64,000 nt of DNA from Eledone cirrhosa (GCA_964016885.1 OZ024750.1:18414001-18478000); one strand, 5' to 3'. Shown: positions 1 to 32,300, counted from the stretch's first letter. Notes: generated by a model not told the origin, from the letters alone. Numbers and translations: made by a program.

Positions 1-339
1 TGTATATGGGTTCATATATGCTTTTATTCTGAATCACACTGTGTTAGTGCTATCACTAATTAATTGTTTCTACTTTTGGCACAGTAATTACCCAGTATAT
101 TACTGGTACTTATTTTATCGACCCCGTAAGGATGAAAGGCAAAGTTAACCTCGGCGGGATTTGAACTCAGATCATAAAGGGACGTAACTCTATGCTTCAA
201 AGCATGGTGTCCGACTCTCTACCAATACTGCCAATCAAGCTTGTACTATATGTAAATAAGCTTTCAATGAAAATAGTATGTTTATGAAATCTATATAAGA
301 GAATACTGTTTCACAATTCTATAGCAAGTAAGTGATGCT

Positions 340-980
340 CTCCTCTGCAGGTTGTATCCCTCTTCAAATCCCTTTCATTTCTTGTTCAAACTAGTTTTGT
401 ACTTCCCCTGATCACCTTCATGTATTCTTTGATGTCATCCTTACATCTCTTGTCTGTTTGCTATTTTTTTCCATTCCTCTAAGAGAATCTAATCCATAGT
501 TCTTTTCCTCTCTTGTCCATTACTATTCTTCGATGTCACTCTTCAATCTCTTTGGTCTCTGCCTCTTTCTTCTCATGGAATCCACTGCTTTATTTCCTCC
601 ATCTATCGTCATCTCTCCTGGTTAAATGTCCTTCTCATCGCCACTATACTTTGATGTCATCCCTTCATTTCTTCTTCATCTGTCTGTCTCTCAATCTTCT
701 TCAAGATATAACAGTCCATTGTTAGACACAGTGCCAGATTTACCATTGTGCTTAAGGACAGAGCTCCATCTTCCTGCCAAAAAAAAAAATGTTATCCCCT
801 TCAGGGCCTCATAACTTAACTAGCACAGGGCCTCATTTGTCCTAAATTCAGCACTGGTTAGACATATGTGTCTTCAAGCCTCTTTTGATTCCTCCCTGTT
901 CAAACTAGTCTAGCATCCTCTCCTGATCCCTTTCATGTGTTTTTGATATCATTCCTTCATCTCTCCTTCTCTTTGTCTAC
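340..980 (-). mobile_element. Degenerate, locally triplicated RTE-type LINE C-terminal remnant
   Basis: Minus strand gives broken GHLTRRDDDRW...QWIP...RPKR..DI and KGFEEGYNLQ-like pieces typical of the RTE ORF end. Segments ~360-455, ~640-690 and ~870-980 resemble each other. Confidence 0.45.
729..856. mobile_element. hAT-superfamily MITE (Tip100-like ends)
   Basis: Imperfect TIRs CAGTGCCAGATTTA / TAAATTCAGCACTG flanked by a perfect 8-bp TSD GTTAGACA (721-728 and 857-864). Confidence 0.8.
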
Positions 981-986
981 CCTTAA

Positions 987-1210
987 CCCTTTAGCATTTA
1001 CGTTACTCTATATTTACTATTGTATTTTCATGGAAAGGGTTTTACCTCATATAATTAATTATCTTACACAATATCGAATCTATGAGATTTTGATATTATT
1101 TATTTGAAAACAATACCTTAACATCAGTATGAGAGGCCAGTTACAACTGGTTTAAACTGAAAGAGGTGAGAGAATTCTGGCCAGATACGGCCGGTTTAAA
1201 TGCTAAAGGG
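987..1210. mobile_element. piggyBac-type MITE family 1 (full copy)
   Basis: TTAA|CCCTTTAGCATTTA ... TAAATGCTAAAGGG|TTAA. Other full copies at 35076-35287, 43247-43462, 45108-45315, 52868-53073 and 55768-55963. Partial copies at ~6240-6497, ~22090-22277, ~39078-39143, ~40540-40660, ~55067-55145 and ~57815-57850. Confidence 0.85.
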
Positions 1211-3207
1211 TTAAATCTCTGTCCATCATGCAGAATCCCCTCACTCTATGGTACATTTATTTCAATACAAATGGTCTCAAACCAAGTCACTTGCCAAACA
1301 AGTGATTGAATATCTTTCAATGAGCTACTGTTGTTTATGTTCTTTTTCTCAGACTGGCTCCATAGGTTTGGCTTACACTGGATTACTCTGGGTAAGCCTG
1401 CTTATTTTATTTTTTGAAGAAAAATACATTCATTGTTTAAATACCACCAGCAACACATACTAAACAATTATGAGTAATGCAGTGAGTAACATTTTTCACA
1501 GGGTGATTATGCCCCACCCATATACGGTCATAGGTTCCACATACCCCATACAGTATAGTGGTTTATTTTAATGTTATATTTATCATTTCATCATATTATT
1601 ATGTAAGAACCTTTATTAAGTTATGTTCCAAACACCAGATTATATTACTAAATCCCTCCAAATTCTTGATTATTTGAAAACCATAAGCAATATCTTTCAT
1701 TAGAAATAAGGTAATGAAAGGGTTAAAGGGTTTATATTTATCTAAGTCCTTCCATCAATAAAAGGGTTAGTACAGGGAAAGAAATTACACTTCAAGTTTA
1801 ACTGTTTTTTAAAATAAATTATTGGTTTTGTTTAGTTTGAAATTTGATTTAATAAAGTACAAAGTGTTAGTGCTGGTGCCATGATAGATTGCACCAAATA
1901 CACTCTTTGAAGTCATAATGTTGGGGGCTATGATAAAGTGCATCAATGCATAAGAGTCAGTGATAGGGCTATGATAAAATGCACCCAGTACACTCTGTAA
2001 AATGGCTGTACCAGTGGAATGATAAAATATACTCAATACACTCTAAGTGATGGTGCTGGTGACATGATAAAATGCACCTAGTACATTCTGAACTGTGTTT
2101 TGTATTAGGAAAGGCATCCAGTCATAGAAACCAAGCCAAGACTAGTTCTCAGACCAGTCGAGTCCCCAAATCCATGCCAGTATGGAAAACAGGTATAAAA
2201 TGATGCTAGAGATGATGAAAATTTACATGTTTTTGTAGACTAATACTGGGTAGGATGTCCTCATAGACCAATATTAGTAAGAGGGATCAGTGGAAATCAC
2301 TCAACTGCCTGAAAACAAGAACAGGGTGATTAAAAGCTGTTTTGGTCAGATGGGACTACAGGACTGACAGAGATCTTTAAATGTGAAGTAAACTAGACTA
2401 TAGAGTTACACTGCTTTCTTTGCTCTCTGTTATCCAACATATGTAGTTCAAAAGACCCTAGAGACTTCAATGAAAATATAGAGTTGTGTGGAGAGGTAGA
2501 AAGCTGTTATATATATATATATTTGTGTGTGTGTTGAAACTTTGTTAGTTCCAATGAGTACTCCAGTGGTTGACCGACGGAACAGGCTGGTCGTGAAAAT
2601 AATGTGTAAGTGGCTGAGCATTCCACAGACACATGTACCCTTAACGTAGTTCTTGGTGTGGAGCAACATGAAATAAAATGTCTTGCTGAAGGGTATAATG
2701 TGCTGCCAGGAACTCATGAACTTGCAATTGCAAGCCAAGCTTCTAAACCAATTTGCAGAAGCAAACCAGACTATAGAATAGCACTACTTTGTTTGCTTTC
2801 TACTACCCAACACATGCAGCTCAAAAGACATTGCAGATTTTATTGAAAATACAAAGAGCTGCTGTGGAGAGGTGGAAAGCAGTTATATGACCACCGTACT
2901 TGCTTTGAAGAAATGACAAGAAGAAAGGAGACAGATAATGAAGGCAATAAAAAAAATATTGAATTAGAAATAAAAAAAGAAAATTTTCAATTGGAATTTG
3001 ACTCAAATCAAAATTTAATTTATATGAAAATTTGAAATTTGATTCAAATTGATAAGAGAATTTAAATGCCTTGTTTTATTGAATTTTGATGTGAGTTTGA
3101 ATTTTAATTTCATTCATATCCACCCCTCACTCTCTGACTTTTGGATTCTGAAGATATCTTAATTTGAAATTTCAAACTAGGAAAACTGAATAATAATAAT
3201 AATAATA

Positions 3208-3905
3208 ATAATTGTTTCTACTTTTGGCACAAAGCCAGCAATTATCCCAGTGTATTACTGGTACTTTATTTTATCGACCCCGTAAGGATGAAAGGCAAAG
3301 TTAACCTCGGCGGGATTTGAACTCTGGCCGTAACTCTTTGCGGCCCTTTATGGTCAGTTCAAATCCCGCCAATAATGATTTCTACTATAGGCACAAGGCC
3401 AGCAATTGGAAGGGTAGCGGAAAGTCGATTAAATCGATCCCAGTGCATTACTGGTGCTTTATTTTATCAACCCCGTAAGAATGAAAGGCAAAGCTAACAT
3501 TGCTGGGATCGGAACTCAGACCGTACAGGGCCGTAACTCAATGCTACGAAGCAGGGTGTCTGACGTTCTATCAGTACTGCCAATCCACCGCCCTCATAAT
3601 AATGTTTTTTTTTTATTAACCACAAAGGTTTACATTAAGGAAAACATTAAGGACGGTACAAATATGGGTTTCTGTGTGTATAAAAACAACAACAAAAGAT
3701 GTATTGGCAGTATCAGTAGAGGACTGAACACCATGCTTTGCAGCATAGAGTTACGGTTTGAGTTCAAATCCCGCCGAGGTTATCTTTGTCTTTCATCCTT
3801 ACAGGGTCGATAAAATAAAGCACCAGTAATGTACTGGAGTCAATTTAATCAACTTTCCCCTTCCCCCAAATTGCTGGCCCTGTGTCTAAAGAAGAAACAA
3901 TTATT
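3208..3905. mobile_element. Cluster of three tRNA-derived SINE copies (family A)
   Basis: A-box-like TGGCAGTATCGGTAG, B-box GAGTTCAAATCC, core GCCTTTCATCCTTACGGGGTCGATAAAATAAAGTACCAG and tail GTAGAAACAATT. Two minus-strand copies (3208-3370, 3373-3595) and one plus-strand copy (~3705-3905). Confidence 0.8.
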
Positions 3906-4414
3906 AAACCCCTTTCAAATTCTTAATTAGTATCAACATTTGAAAATATATAAACAGTATCTTTTGTTAAAAATAAGGTCATGAAATGGTTAACTCACTC
4001 TATGTGGTGGTGGTGGTGTTGTAAACGGGCAGGTGAAAGTATGTATTAAGGTATATTGTAACATATGTAATGGTAGGTAAAGTGGTAGGGTGAACTTAAA
4101 TTTAATGAGAAGCAGGTGATTTCTCACATTTTATTTACCTGAGGAAAGAATAGTGGGGGAAGGGGCTAGTACACTGAAAATGCCTCTGGTTGTATCTTAC
4201 AAAACTGTTTGAATTTTGAAATTAAATTAGAAAGAGGTTCTTACAAAATTTAAAAGAACACTATGACTGCATCACATTAAATATTAATTATCATAAATTT
4301 TTAGAATGATCTGTTCCACTAGTAAAGATACTATACACATTTGAATTAACAAACAGATTTAGACATTTTCTGCTAAATCATAACATGATATTATGAGTCG
4401 ACTAACAACCATGC

Positions 4415-5120
4415 ATATCATCATCTCCCTTTAATGTCCATTTTTTTCACGCTAGCATGGGTTAGATGAGTTATCCTGTTGTGAGGTCAGGTGACTATGT
4501 TTTGCTCATACAGAACCGGTTTTGGCTTGGTTTCTACAGTCTGATACTCTTCCTAGCGTCAATCTCATTTACAGTGAGTACAGGGTGCTTTTTGCCGTGG
4601 CACAGACACGACCACTTTACAGTGTGGGCTGGGTGCTTTTTTGCCGTGACACCTACACGATCACTTTACAGTGTGGGCTGGGTGCTTTTTTGCCGTGACA
4701 CCTACACGATCACATTACAGTGTGGGCTGGGTGCTTTTTTGCCGTGACACCTACACGACCACATTACAGTGTGGGCTGGGTGCTTTTTTGCCGTGACACC
4801 TACACGACCACATTACAGTGTGGGCTGGGTGCTTTTTTGCCGTGATACCTACACGACCACATTACAGTGTGGGCTGGGTGCTTTTTGTCGTGACACCTAC
4901 ACAACCACTTTAGTGTGGGCTGGGTGCTTTTTTTGCCGTGACACCTACACGACCACTTTACAGTGTGGGCTGGGTGCTTTTTTGCCGTGACACCTACACG
5001 ATCACATTACAGTGTGGGCTGGGTGCTTTTTTGCCGTGACACCTACACGATCACATTACAGTGTGGGCTGGGTGCTTTTTGTTGCGACACCTACACAACC
5101 ACTTTACAGTGTGGGCTGGA
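4415..5120 (-). repeat. RTE-tail element carrying an expanded 49-bp minisatellite (~11 units, 4572-5120)
   Basis: Unit AGTGTGGGCTGGGTGCTTTTTTGCCGTGACACCTACACGACCAC(T/A)TTAC, preceded by the (CAT)n-TTTAATGTCC...CATGGGTTAGA tail shared with the RTE LINE at 22278-24868. Confidence 0.9.
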
Positions 5121-5785
5121 AGCTTATATTTAGCATAATTGATATCACATTAAATATTAAATTCTGTAGTTTAATGCAGCAAATTTTCGCAATGTAAAAA
5201 TACTATAAACATTTCAATCAACAAACCTGTTTTTAGATATTTTCTGCTAAATCATTACAGGGTAATTAATACAGCACATTTTGAATTAACAAACCCATTT
5301 TTAGATATTTTCTGCTAAATCACTCAGAATGTTAAGAGTTAAGTTATTTTTGACATTTTATTAATTCCTGTCAAACATTTAAAAATTAATTGAAACTCAT
5401 AATAAGCAGGGCATGGCTATGTGATTGAGGTATTTATTTTAAAACCATGTGGTTCTAGGTTCAGTCATGCCTTGCAGCACCTTGAGCAAAGTGTCTTCTA
5501 CTACAACATCAAGTTATCCAGTGTCTTGTGAGTGGAATCTGGTAGATAGAAACTGCTGATGTCTCTCACAATGCAAAGCCAGGTCTGGGAATCAAACTCA
5601 CAACCTTACGGTTGTAAGCCTGACACTCTAACCACTAAGCCATCATTGAATCCCACTGAAGTTAATTTTTCCTTTCAGAGACAAAATAAAGTACCAGTCA
5701 AGTACTGAGAGCAATGTGATCGACTATACCCATTCCTCTGCTTCCAAATTTCTGTTTTTTGCTTGCATTATTTATAGTATCCATA

Positions 5786-6000
5786 GGGTGGTGGATTGGC
5801 AGTATCAGTAGAGCATCAGACACCATTCTTTTCAGCATAGTGTTATGGCCCTTTATGTTCTGAGTTCAAATCCCACTGAAGTTAACTTAGCTTTTCATCC
5901 TTACAGGGTCAATAACATAAAGCACTAGTAATGCACTGGGGTCGATTTAATCGACTTTCCCCTCCCCCAAATTGCTGGCCCTGTGCCTATAGTAGAAATC
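5786..6000 (+). mobile_element. tRNA-derived SINE family A, full length
   Basis: A/B boxes and core as above. 14-bp TSD ATTTATAGTATCCA (5770-5783 and 6001-6014). Confidence 0.85.
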
Positions 6001-7103
6001 ATTTATAGTATCCACAAAAACATAAAGGTGATACTATAAGACCTGTTCTTGATAAAACATAATTTATGGGAAAAATCTTTGTTCCTGTATGTTTAGGTAT
6101 GTATGCATGTATATGTCACTTATTTGTAGATCAAAAAATATCCTTTACTCCTGACCACTCCGTTTTCAATATCTGGCATATGTCATGCAAATTATACAGA
6201 TTTTGTCACAGTTGTCTTTACTCTATAGCAGTTACATAACTCTATTATATTTTCATGGTAATGGCTTTACCTTACACAATTATCTCATATAATATTGAAT
6301 CTATAACCCAGTACAATAAAGTACCAGTAATGTACTGGATTATTGCTGGCCTTGTGCCAAAAGTAGAAACAATAATATTGAATCTATGAGATTTGATATT
6401 ATTTATTTTAAGAATAATACCTTAAGATCAGTATGAGCAGCTGGTTTGAACAGAAAGAGGTGAGAGAATTTTGGCTGGATATGGCTGGTTTAAATGCGTG
6501 CTCAAACATCGCTGCCCCAATTATATGGGCCCAGACAGTGTAGGGGAGTGTTCTCGGATGTGGAGGACCCCAGGTGCTGGCGGCTCTGTGGACCCAGTGA
6601 ACAGAATGGAGAAAGCATTTCCCCCAAGGGAAGCCAACTTTGCCCTGACAGAGCTCTCTACTGTTACAGATTCAATAACAAATCTATAGGAGAGTTGCCA
6701 ATATTTTGACAGTTTGTGATCTTCGGCTTTGGTTTGTTGCTGAATGCACCATGTTGCTGTTGGAGAAGGTATCATCATCATCATTTCATTTTACGTCTGC
6801 TTTTTCCCAGCTTGCAAGGGTGGGATGGGAACTGATTCTGGCTTGATTTCTACAGCTGGATGCCCTTCCTAACACCAACCTCATTTACAGTGAGTGCTGG
6901 GTGCTTTTTTGCCGTGGCACCTGCACGACCACTTTGCAGTGGAATGATATGGACCCCAGTCCCTATCATCTCATTTCTACAGCTGAGTAAACTGGAGCAA
7001 TGTGAAATAAAGTGTCTTGCTCAAGGAAACAACACATGAATTATATCTAGATTTTGTGATAAGACATCTTTTTCAGAGCTTCATTATATAGATTACCCTA
7101 TGT

Positions 7104-7253
7104 CAGGGTTTTTTCAAACGCGGAACCCTTTTTGCTTCAGAAACTTTTGGGAGAAATCCAAAGTTTAATACTGTCTTAATATAAATATATTCCTCTACCT
7201 TTTTTCACATAACCCCAAACACTCCTTTGTGGAACCCACTTTGGGAACCACTG
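7104..7253. mobile_element. hAT (Charlie-like) MITE
   Basis: Ends CAGGGTTTTTTCAAAC / TTTGGGAACCACTG with a perfect 8-bp TSD CCCTATGT (7096-7103 and 7254-7261). Confidence 0.8.
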
Positions 7254-8099
7254 CCCTATGTGATTAGGTATCTGGCCTCAAAAAATTAGGGTAGTAGAGT
7301 GGGTAATAGGAAAAGAGTCAGGACCCCGATGGCTGAACTCCGGTCATTTCAACAGCTAGATCTGAACTCTAAAGTCTAATACCATTCGGATCTAGCTGTC
7401 GGGGGTCCTGACTCTTTTCCTATATATATATATAGGAAAAGAGTCAGGACACACACACATATATATACATATATATATATGTGTGTGTCGTGTAATTTAA
7501 TGGTTCAACAAAAAGATATTTATGGAATAAGTACCAAACTTGAAAAAATAATTACTGTGGCCCAATATGATCCACTAAATCAAGGCTGTGCCCCAGCATG
7601 GCCACAATCTAATGACTGAAACCAAGAAAAGAATAAAATGTATTTCCTTAGAAATATGGTGACAAAAGGGTTACAGGAGTGGGGGAAAGCTGGCAGGTAA
7701 AATATCTTAGAACAAAACATTGCAGCAGGCAGGGGAGAATGGTGAAAAGAAACAAGGATAAGAGGTATATATATACACACACATATATATATGTATGTGA
7801 GTGTGTGTGTATATAAAGACTATAAAAAGAGGGGGGTGGACAGGTGGAGAAGAGATAAGGGAGGACTGGTGGTTTTGGTGGGGGGATTTAGAGATAGAGA
7901 AAGAAATACTCAGCTTCCAGTGAAATACCATACATTCCTCCTCCCACTCCACCTCCATCACTGTCAGCAGATCCAGGAAGCTTGAGACCAATCTCTTCTC
8001 TTCTGGCCTACTTTTTGTAGTTCCCTCCACCGGCACCATTTCTCTGCTACTGTGACTGTCTTCACCACTACTGCCATCATGGCTGTCACTCTGACACAG

Positions 8100-8390
8100 T
8101 GGCTATGTCCACCACCATCCCCATCACACCTCAGCCACTGTGGCAGTCTCTACTACCACCACCACCACCTCTCAACTACAGTGGCAGTCTCTACCACCAC
8201 CACCACCACTACCTCTCAGCTACTGTGGCAGTCACCACCACCACCTCCCAGTCACTGTGTCTCCACCACCACCACATCTCAGCTACTGTGGCAGTTTCCA
8301 CCACCACCACCTCTCAACTACTGTGGCAGTCTCTACCACCACCTCTCAGTTACTGTGGCAGTCACCACTATCCACCACCACCACCACCAA
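8100..8390. repeat. Degenerate minisatellite CTCTCAGCTACTGTGGCAGT+(CCA)n
   Basis: About 6-7 imperfect units. Explains the low-complexity ORFs in all three plus frames. Confidence 0.85.
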
Positions 8391-8472
8391 TGTAACACAA
8401 CACAGCATAAATTATCTTTACTGAAGTGGTGAAGACCAACTAGCATTCTTTGGAGACCAGCAAAAAATTAAG

Positions 8473-9230
8473 TTAGTGTGTGTAGGCAAATCTAAGCTGT
8501 TTAGTGTGTGTAGGCAAATCTAAGCTGTTTAGTGTGTGTAGGCAAATCTAAGCTGTTTAGTGTGTGTAGGCAAATCTAAGCTGTTTAGTGTGTGTAGGCA
8601 AATCTAAGCTGTTTAGTGTGTGTAGGCAAATCTAAGCTGTTTAGTGTGTGTAGGCAAATCTAAGCTGTTTAGTGTGTGTAGGCAAATCTAAGCTGTTTAG
8701 TGTGTGTAGGCAAATCTAAACTGTTTAGTGTGTGTAGGCAAATCTAAACTGTTTAGTGTGTGTGTGTGTGTAGGCAAATCTAAGCTGTTTAGTGTGTGTA
8801 GGCAAGTCTAAGCTGGTTATTGTGTGTGTGTGTAGGCAAACCTTAGCTGGTTAGTGTGTGTTGTGCGTGTGTAGGCAAATCTGGTATGGCTATTGTTTAT
8901 GTAGGCAAACCTGAATTGGTTATTATGTGTGTAGGCAAATCTAAGCTATTTATTGTGTGTTGGGGGTAAATCTGAGTTAGTTATTGTGCGTTTATGCAAA
9001 TCTAAGTTGGTTATTTTGTGTGTGTGTGTGTGTAGGCAAACCTGAACTGGTTATTGTGTATGTGCCTGTGTGTTGGCAAACTTGAGTTAGCTGTGGTCTA
9101 TGTTAGTAGGCAAACCTAAGCTTGTGTGCGTGTGTGAGAGTCTTTGTGTGTAGCGGCAGACCTGAATGTGTGTGTGTAAAAGCAAACCGTAACATATTGT
9201 CTGTGGATACAGACCTGTACATGTTATCAT
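8473..9230. repeat. 28-bp minisatellite TTAGTGTGTGTAGGCAAATCTAAGCTGT
   Basis: About 12 near-identical units at 8473-8817, then progressively degenerate units to ~9230. Confidence 0.95.
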
Positions 9231-11210
9231 ATGTATAGAGGAAGAGGGGCAGACCCCAGCGGGTTATCATTGTTGAATAAACAGCTTTTATTCAATTGAT
9301 AAGGCATGCTTTTTTTTTACACTAACACAACAACCATTTTATCATCATCATCATCACAACCACCACTATTACTATCAACACCAGCACCAATACCTTACTA
9401 CCATCAACACTAAAATCTTACTGCCACCAAAATTTCACCACCACCACCATATAACAATACATCACACACTACAGTATTTAATGCCTGCCCAATGGCAACA
9501 CAAACACCTCCAATGTTATATTTTCTTACCCAGTTTTATTTTTCAAGAGCATCTCACCTTTTTATCTAACTCATCTCTCTCCTCCCTTTCTCTGTTGGAC
9601 TTTATCCTCCTACTCCCACCTCTTATTCTCCTTCTATATCTCACACCTCTTACCACCCTCCACCTTCTCATTATCTCTACTGGTCTTTATCCTCCTTTTT
9701 CTTGTTCCTCTTCCCATATCTTTCTCACCCCCTTACCTCCCTCCTATCTCTTCTGGACTTTATCCTCTCACCATCACCCTCTTTTATTTTGCCCCTCTCT
9801 CTTTCTTGCTCTCTCCTACCCCCATTTTCTTTGTAATGTAACTTTACACTTGTGTTCACAGATGAACAAAAGACTCCCCCCCCACACAATTACTACTACC
9901 ACAGACCATGCTCCCCCCACTCAACTAATGCTACTACCACCACCACCACCATTACTACTACTACTACAAAAGACCATGTCCCCAGTTCAGTACATCCACT
10001 ACAACTACTTCCACAGTCTATGCTCCCCCCCCCCCAACTACTACTACTACAACAAAATAGCACCCCCTCGGTCTCAGTTCAGCAGAAATACAACCCCCAC
10101 AACCAATACCACAAAAGAGCCCCCACCCCCACCCTCCAGTTCAGTACAACTAGAACTACTATTACATTACAACAACTATTATGAACACTGGCTCCACTCA
10201 TGTGTAACCTGCTTACTAAAACAGGAGCTTCATACTAAACATGACATGGTTTTAGACAAACAGTTGCCCTCTAAATGTTAAAAGAACTAGATAGTAGCCC
10301 CTAAAAATATAGAAACACTGGAGTTTCCCTCTCATGATTTATGAGGCACACTAACACACGCATAGCATTGCCGCAGGTGATAGCAAGGCTAAGACGTTGA
10401 AATAGCCAAGTACCCTCACAGCCATCATCTGATGTCGGAAAGGCGAGCCACCAACAATGACAAGAACCTCATCAGTGTCCTAGTTCCCCTAAACATCTTG
10501 AAAAAAAGTTTGCCAATAATTCCTAATATTTTAAAATTTTATTGTTTGGCTATTGGGTGCAGGTGACCCTCACCTTTGCCTCAGCATCTAGAATGTGGGA
10601 AGGAGCAAAAGAGTTGCTGTGATGTGTCTAAATGTTAAGAAAACAAAGGCAGACAGACAGATAAACAGTAGCCTTGAATGTTAAAGAAACATCTATAGAG
10701 AGGGAACCACTTAAGGAGCTCCCTAGTGAAAGATAACAGAGAATATAGACAGAAGCTCCTAAATATTAAGGAAACACAGACAGTAGCCCAGAAAATGCTA
10801 AGAGAACACACCCCTGCCACTTGTAAAAATATAACAAAATAAATAACACAACTAAACCCAGACCTATTATTGTAATCAGTTCAGCCTCTATTTTCTACTA
10901 TTATTTTTCTCAAAAGATTTAGTTCTTGTTGCTTGCTTTCTATCCACATTTCACTAGCACACATATATAGCATTTTACCTCTTTCCTTACTATAGTTCTA
11001 ATGACAGACATTGCCTACAACTTTCAAATAATTTTATTATTTAAAATTATCATGAATTAGTAAAGTGGAATTTAGAACAAGGTTCTTACATAAAATTATA
11101 AAATTCTTATTAAAATTATCTTTAATCTTTTCGTTACTATATCTCAATTGAAAGACACTGCTAATAATGTTCACCTAATTTTGAAAATAATCAAGAAGTT
11201 GGAGAGATTT

Positions 11211-11780
11211 ACCATATATACGCAAATATAAGTCGAGAAATATGTGACAAAAAAAAAAAAAAATTGATAGTAAAATGGGGGTCAACTTATATTCGAGGTC
11301 AATATTTTTCCGATTTTCACCAACTTCAAATTCTATGTAAATAAGGTGCTAAAATATCTGGAGTGAATATTTTACAAGTACATCGTCATTAGTATTATTT
11401 ATGCATTACCTTGAAAATATTTTCAACAGTTTTTTTATAATTTGAACTTTTTAGTACATACATGTCCCATATAAATACATACGTTTTTCTCTGATTTAAT
11501 ACTTTTTCTTTCAATCTTACTTCTGATTTTATTTTATTGCTCTCGCTTTCACTTGCTGTCTCTCTCCCTCTCTCTTCTATGAATCCCTCTACAAAATTCT
11601 CTTATTCGATATCTTGCTTTCAAAGTACTTCTCTCATATGAATAGTCGGAAGTAAACAAAATTTCGAGAAACTTGTTGAAACTTAACATAATCGAAACTT
11701 ATTACGCAATGGAGTTGTGAAACAAAAGCTATAAGCTAAACAACACTTTAACGATTTTAAACATCAACATATTAAAATTT

Positions 11781-11811
<31 letters not shown>

Positions 11812-11935
11812 GAGAATTTCAAAACGATGCCATCTAAACATATGTTGATTGGCTGCCTTGGATTATAAATGGAATTTGGATTTTTGCCCATTTCTCAGAC
11901 ATAAAATGAGGCGGGGTCGGCTTAGAGTATATACA
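11211..11935. mobile_element. Probable non-autonomous Tc1/mariner-pogo (Tc2-like) DNA element
   Basis: Left end TA|CCATATATACGCAAATATAAGTCGAG with internal GGGGTCAACTTATATTCGAG. Right end GGGGTCGGCTTAGAGTATATAC resembles the reverse complement. Both ends are degenerate. Confidence 0.45.
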
Positions 11936-12900
11936 TATATACATGCTAGCGTGAAGATGGACATTAAACGACGATGATGATGTGCAGTAATAATATAACT
12001 AACCTTTTCATTAGTAAACTGGTGTTTGGAACATAATTCAACAAATGTTCTTATATAAAATGATGATGGCGATGAAACAATTTTTGTTAAAATATGTCTA
12101 TAATAGAAAGTCATTCTCATATAAAACCCATTGCGCAGGGAATTGGTTTTGGCCTCTTTAGCTTGCACAGACCATGGCACCCCTGACCCTGCAACATGTT
12201 AAGGACACCAGATATCTTACTTCAGCTTAACTCTGGATCATGTCAATATTGGTGGAGAGGGTCTCTGGGTGACATTAATAGGGTGGAGTGGATCTGAATG
12301 GTGCTGCTTAGACACTGACATAGCAACTGAATGGTGCTGCTCAGAATCCTACATAACAGAGACAACTTTGTGTCCAACATACACCACTGACATGTCAGTA
12401 ACCCCAGACTTAGAAATTGGTCAGGTCTGCAGATGTCTCCACCATCACAAAGACTGAGAAAATTCAGGTAAAGTCACTAACACTTGTTAGAACTTTTAGA
12501 TCCGATAAGTCTTTCCTAGGTCTGACATGACAGTCAGCTCCTTTCAACTGCCAGGAGTTCAAACAGTAGATAGTATCAGCAATGGAAGGACTAATGGAAA
12601 CATGAATTCCTTGGTCTGATCCAATTTCCTTTCTCTCATCATCATCATGCTTCTAAAACTTGTAGGACATTACTTGTACTGAAAATTTAGCTCTCAATGT
12701 GAATGGTCTAATGAGCGGTTTAATATTCTTCCATTTTCCATGTTTCCATATTTGGTCTTCCCCTTCCAGGAACTAAGTGTCCTTCGTCTGATCACATAAT
12801 TGGCTCCTTTCCTTTTTGATTGAACTCTCTGAATGACTGCAGTGCAGGTAGATACACAACTCAATGATTACACAACAACTGCACACAATGATCGCACAAT

Positions 12901-12906
12901 TTTATT
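12901..12906 (-). terminator. Candidate polyadenylation signal of PSMC3
   Basis: AATAAA on the minus strand ~145 nt after the stop codon, followed by GT-rich sequence. Confidence 0.6.
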
Positions 12907-13050
12907 GGCAAAAAAAAGTGCATTTAGGTAAATATTTAGTGAAATGGAGAAAAAAAAAAATCCCTAAAAAAAAGGATACAAATTTGTAGATTTATCAACC
13001 ACACTTTTCTAGTTAGTGTCGAAATCAAGCAAGATGGAGTGATATATTAT

Positions 13051-32267
<19,217 letters not shown>

Positions 32268-32300
32268 TTTTGAAGTTTGGGAACGTTGTGTAGACAAACT

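Noticed and set aside
4466-5197. Cys/Thr-rich repetitive ORFs and a CRISPR-like look
   Set aside because: Contiguous 49-bp tandem units with no unique spacers, in a eukaryotic context. The ORFs are translations of the minisatellite.
6471-6784. Overlapping 70-87 aa ORFs in a GC-richer patch
   Set aside because: They begin inside a MITE end and run into a SINE tail, with no recognisable protein motif.
8473-8817. 28-bp direct repeats of CRISPR repeat length
   Set aside because: Head-to-tail with no spacers and no cas genes.
8052-10281. His/Pro/Thr-rich ORFs, including the 266-aa ORF at 9481-10281
   Set aside because: Low-complexity (CCA/CTA/CT)n sequence that is open in several frames, with no domain or splice support.
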